Notes under the pieces: model-generated
Database searches by the model: none
Seen by the model: only the letters and a program-made list of their open reading frames with translations
What the model was told of the DNA's origin: nothing
Position numbers and translations under genes: made by a program
In this document: positions 63,141 to 64,000 of the stretch, one piece after another
Numbering within the stretch: position 1 is the first letter of the stretch
How the letters are laid out: each line of letters opens with the position of its first letter
From: an uncultured delta proteobacterium
Lineage (GTDB): Bacteria; Myxococcota_A; UBA9160; UBA4427
Assembly (NCBI GenBank): GCA_963822965.1
Contig: CAWGJT010000010.1
Location: forward strand, 1,088,001 to 1,152,000
Direction of reading: 5' to 3'
DNA: 64,000 bases

Positions 63141-64000
63141 TCACCCGCCGCTTCCGCGCGCGTCCGGCTCGACGGGCAGCACCACCGTCATCGTGGTGCC
63201 CTCGCCCGCCACCGAAGCCACCTCGAGCCGGCCTCGGTGCCCCTCGACGATCTGCTTGCAGATGGAGAGGCCGAGCCCCGTCCCCCGGCCGCCGTCCTTC
63301 GTGGTGAAGAAGGGCTCGAAGAGCCGCCGCTGGACCTCGGGACTCATCCCTGCTCCATCGTCCTGCACGCGCACGCGGAGGGTTCCATCGTGCACGGACG
63401 CGTCCACGCGGACCGAACCCCCCCGATCGGCTAGTGATTCGGCTGCATTCTTGATCAGGTTGAGGAAAACCTGATTCAGGGCGCCGGGGTCGCCCTGGAC
63501 CGGCGGCAGGCCCGGGGGCAGCTCCAGCTGCAGCTCGGCCTGGCGATCCTTCAGCACGTGCTTCAGCAGATGGGCGGTGGACTGCAGGCCCTTGGCGACG
63601 TCCACCCGCGCCCACTCGCCCCGCGCCCCGGGGGCCGCGAAGTCGCGCAGGTCGGCCACCAGCGAATGGGTGCGCGTGAGGCCTTCCTTGATGATCCCGG
63701 CCAGCTCGCCCAGGGTCTCGGTGGCCTCGGCCACCCCCAGCTCCTGCTCCAGGCGCTGCAGCTCTTGCAGCTGGCCCCGCCACTTGGCTTCGTCCTGCCA
63801 GTCCACGGCGCTGAGGCGCTGCCCCAGCTCCTGCAGCTCGCCCACCGAGGCCTTCATGGCCCGCACGGCGTTGAGGGCGAAGTTCACGGGGTTGTTCACC
63901 TCGTGGGCGATGCCGGCCGCCAGCTCGCCCACCGCCGCCAGGCGCTCGGACTGCACCAGCTGCACCTGGGCCTGCTCGAGCTCGGCCAGGGCCGCCTCCA
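63141..64000 (-). CDS. Sensor histidine kinase, C-terminal part (5' end outside window)
   Basis: QLVQSERLAAVGELAAGIAHEVNNP, NLIKNA, DDGAG, FEPFFTTK, GTGLGL. Confidence 0.92.
   Translation of the reverse strand, partial: EAALAELEQAQVQLVQSERLAAVGELAAGIAHEVNNPVNFALNAVRAMKASVGELQELGQRLSAVDWQDEAKWRGQLQELQRLEQELGVAEATETLGELAGIIKEGLTRTHSLVADLRDFAAPGARGEWARVDVAKGLQSTAHLLKHVLKDRQAELQLELPPGLPPVQGDPGALNQVFLNLIKNAAESLADRGGSVRVDASVHDGTLRVRVQDDGAGMSPEVQRRLFEPFFTTKDGGRGTGLGLSICKQIVEGHRGRLEVASVAGEGTTMTVVLPVEPDARGSGG

Overview
High-GC bacterial chromosome segment, mostly on the minus strand. Gene content and order (MglA-type GTPase, DUF4388/PatA-type protein, ftsH-folP-cdaA-cdaR-glmM-pdxJ-acpS-nnr-tsaE block) suggest a Myxococcota/deltaproteobacterial organism; this is an inference. 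It is mainly core genome: thrS-infC-rpmI-rplT-ihfA-merR, dnaE, guaB/guaA, miaB, ribBA, a branched-chain acyl-CoA cluster (HMG-CoA lyase, carboxyltransferase, MerR regulator, icmF, methylmalonyl-CoA mutase, meaB), iscS-mnmA-rnc-era, lysC, tilS-ftsH, two histidine kinases and three tRNAs (Pro-GGG, Val-GAC, Met-CAT). Many essential genes carry single-base frameshifts, most simply explained as uncorrected long-read errors, so their coordinates are approximate. No CRISPR array, IS or prophage was seen. The main leads are: (1) an unannotated ~150-nt small RNA at 24.75-24.93 kb with its own sigma70-like promoter, a long stem with a C-rich loop and an intrinsic terminator, reminiscent of myxobacterial Pxr; (2) a three-gene signalling module at 19.1-23.0 kb whose output domains are all degenerate (GGDEF with intact I-site, pseudo-receiver/DUF4388/pseudo-GTPase, cNMP-binding protein lacking the conserved Glu); (3) adjacent full-length pdxJ and acpS homologues that have lost catalytic residues; (4) a stand-alone PLAT/LH2-like protein in a small operon between merR and tRNA-Pro; (5) a decayed hicB fragment beside tRNA-Met. 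All homology calls are from motif recognition by eye; no searches were run.
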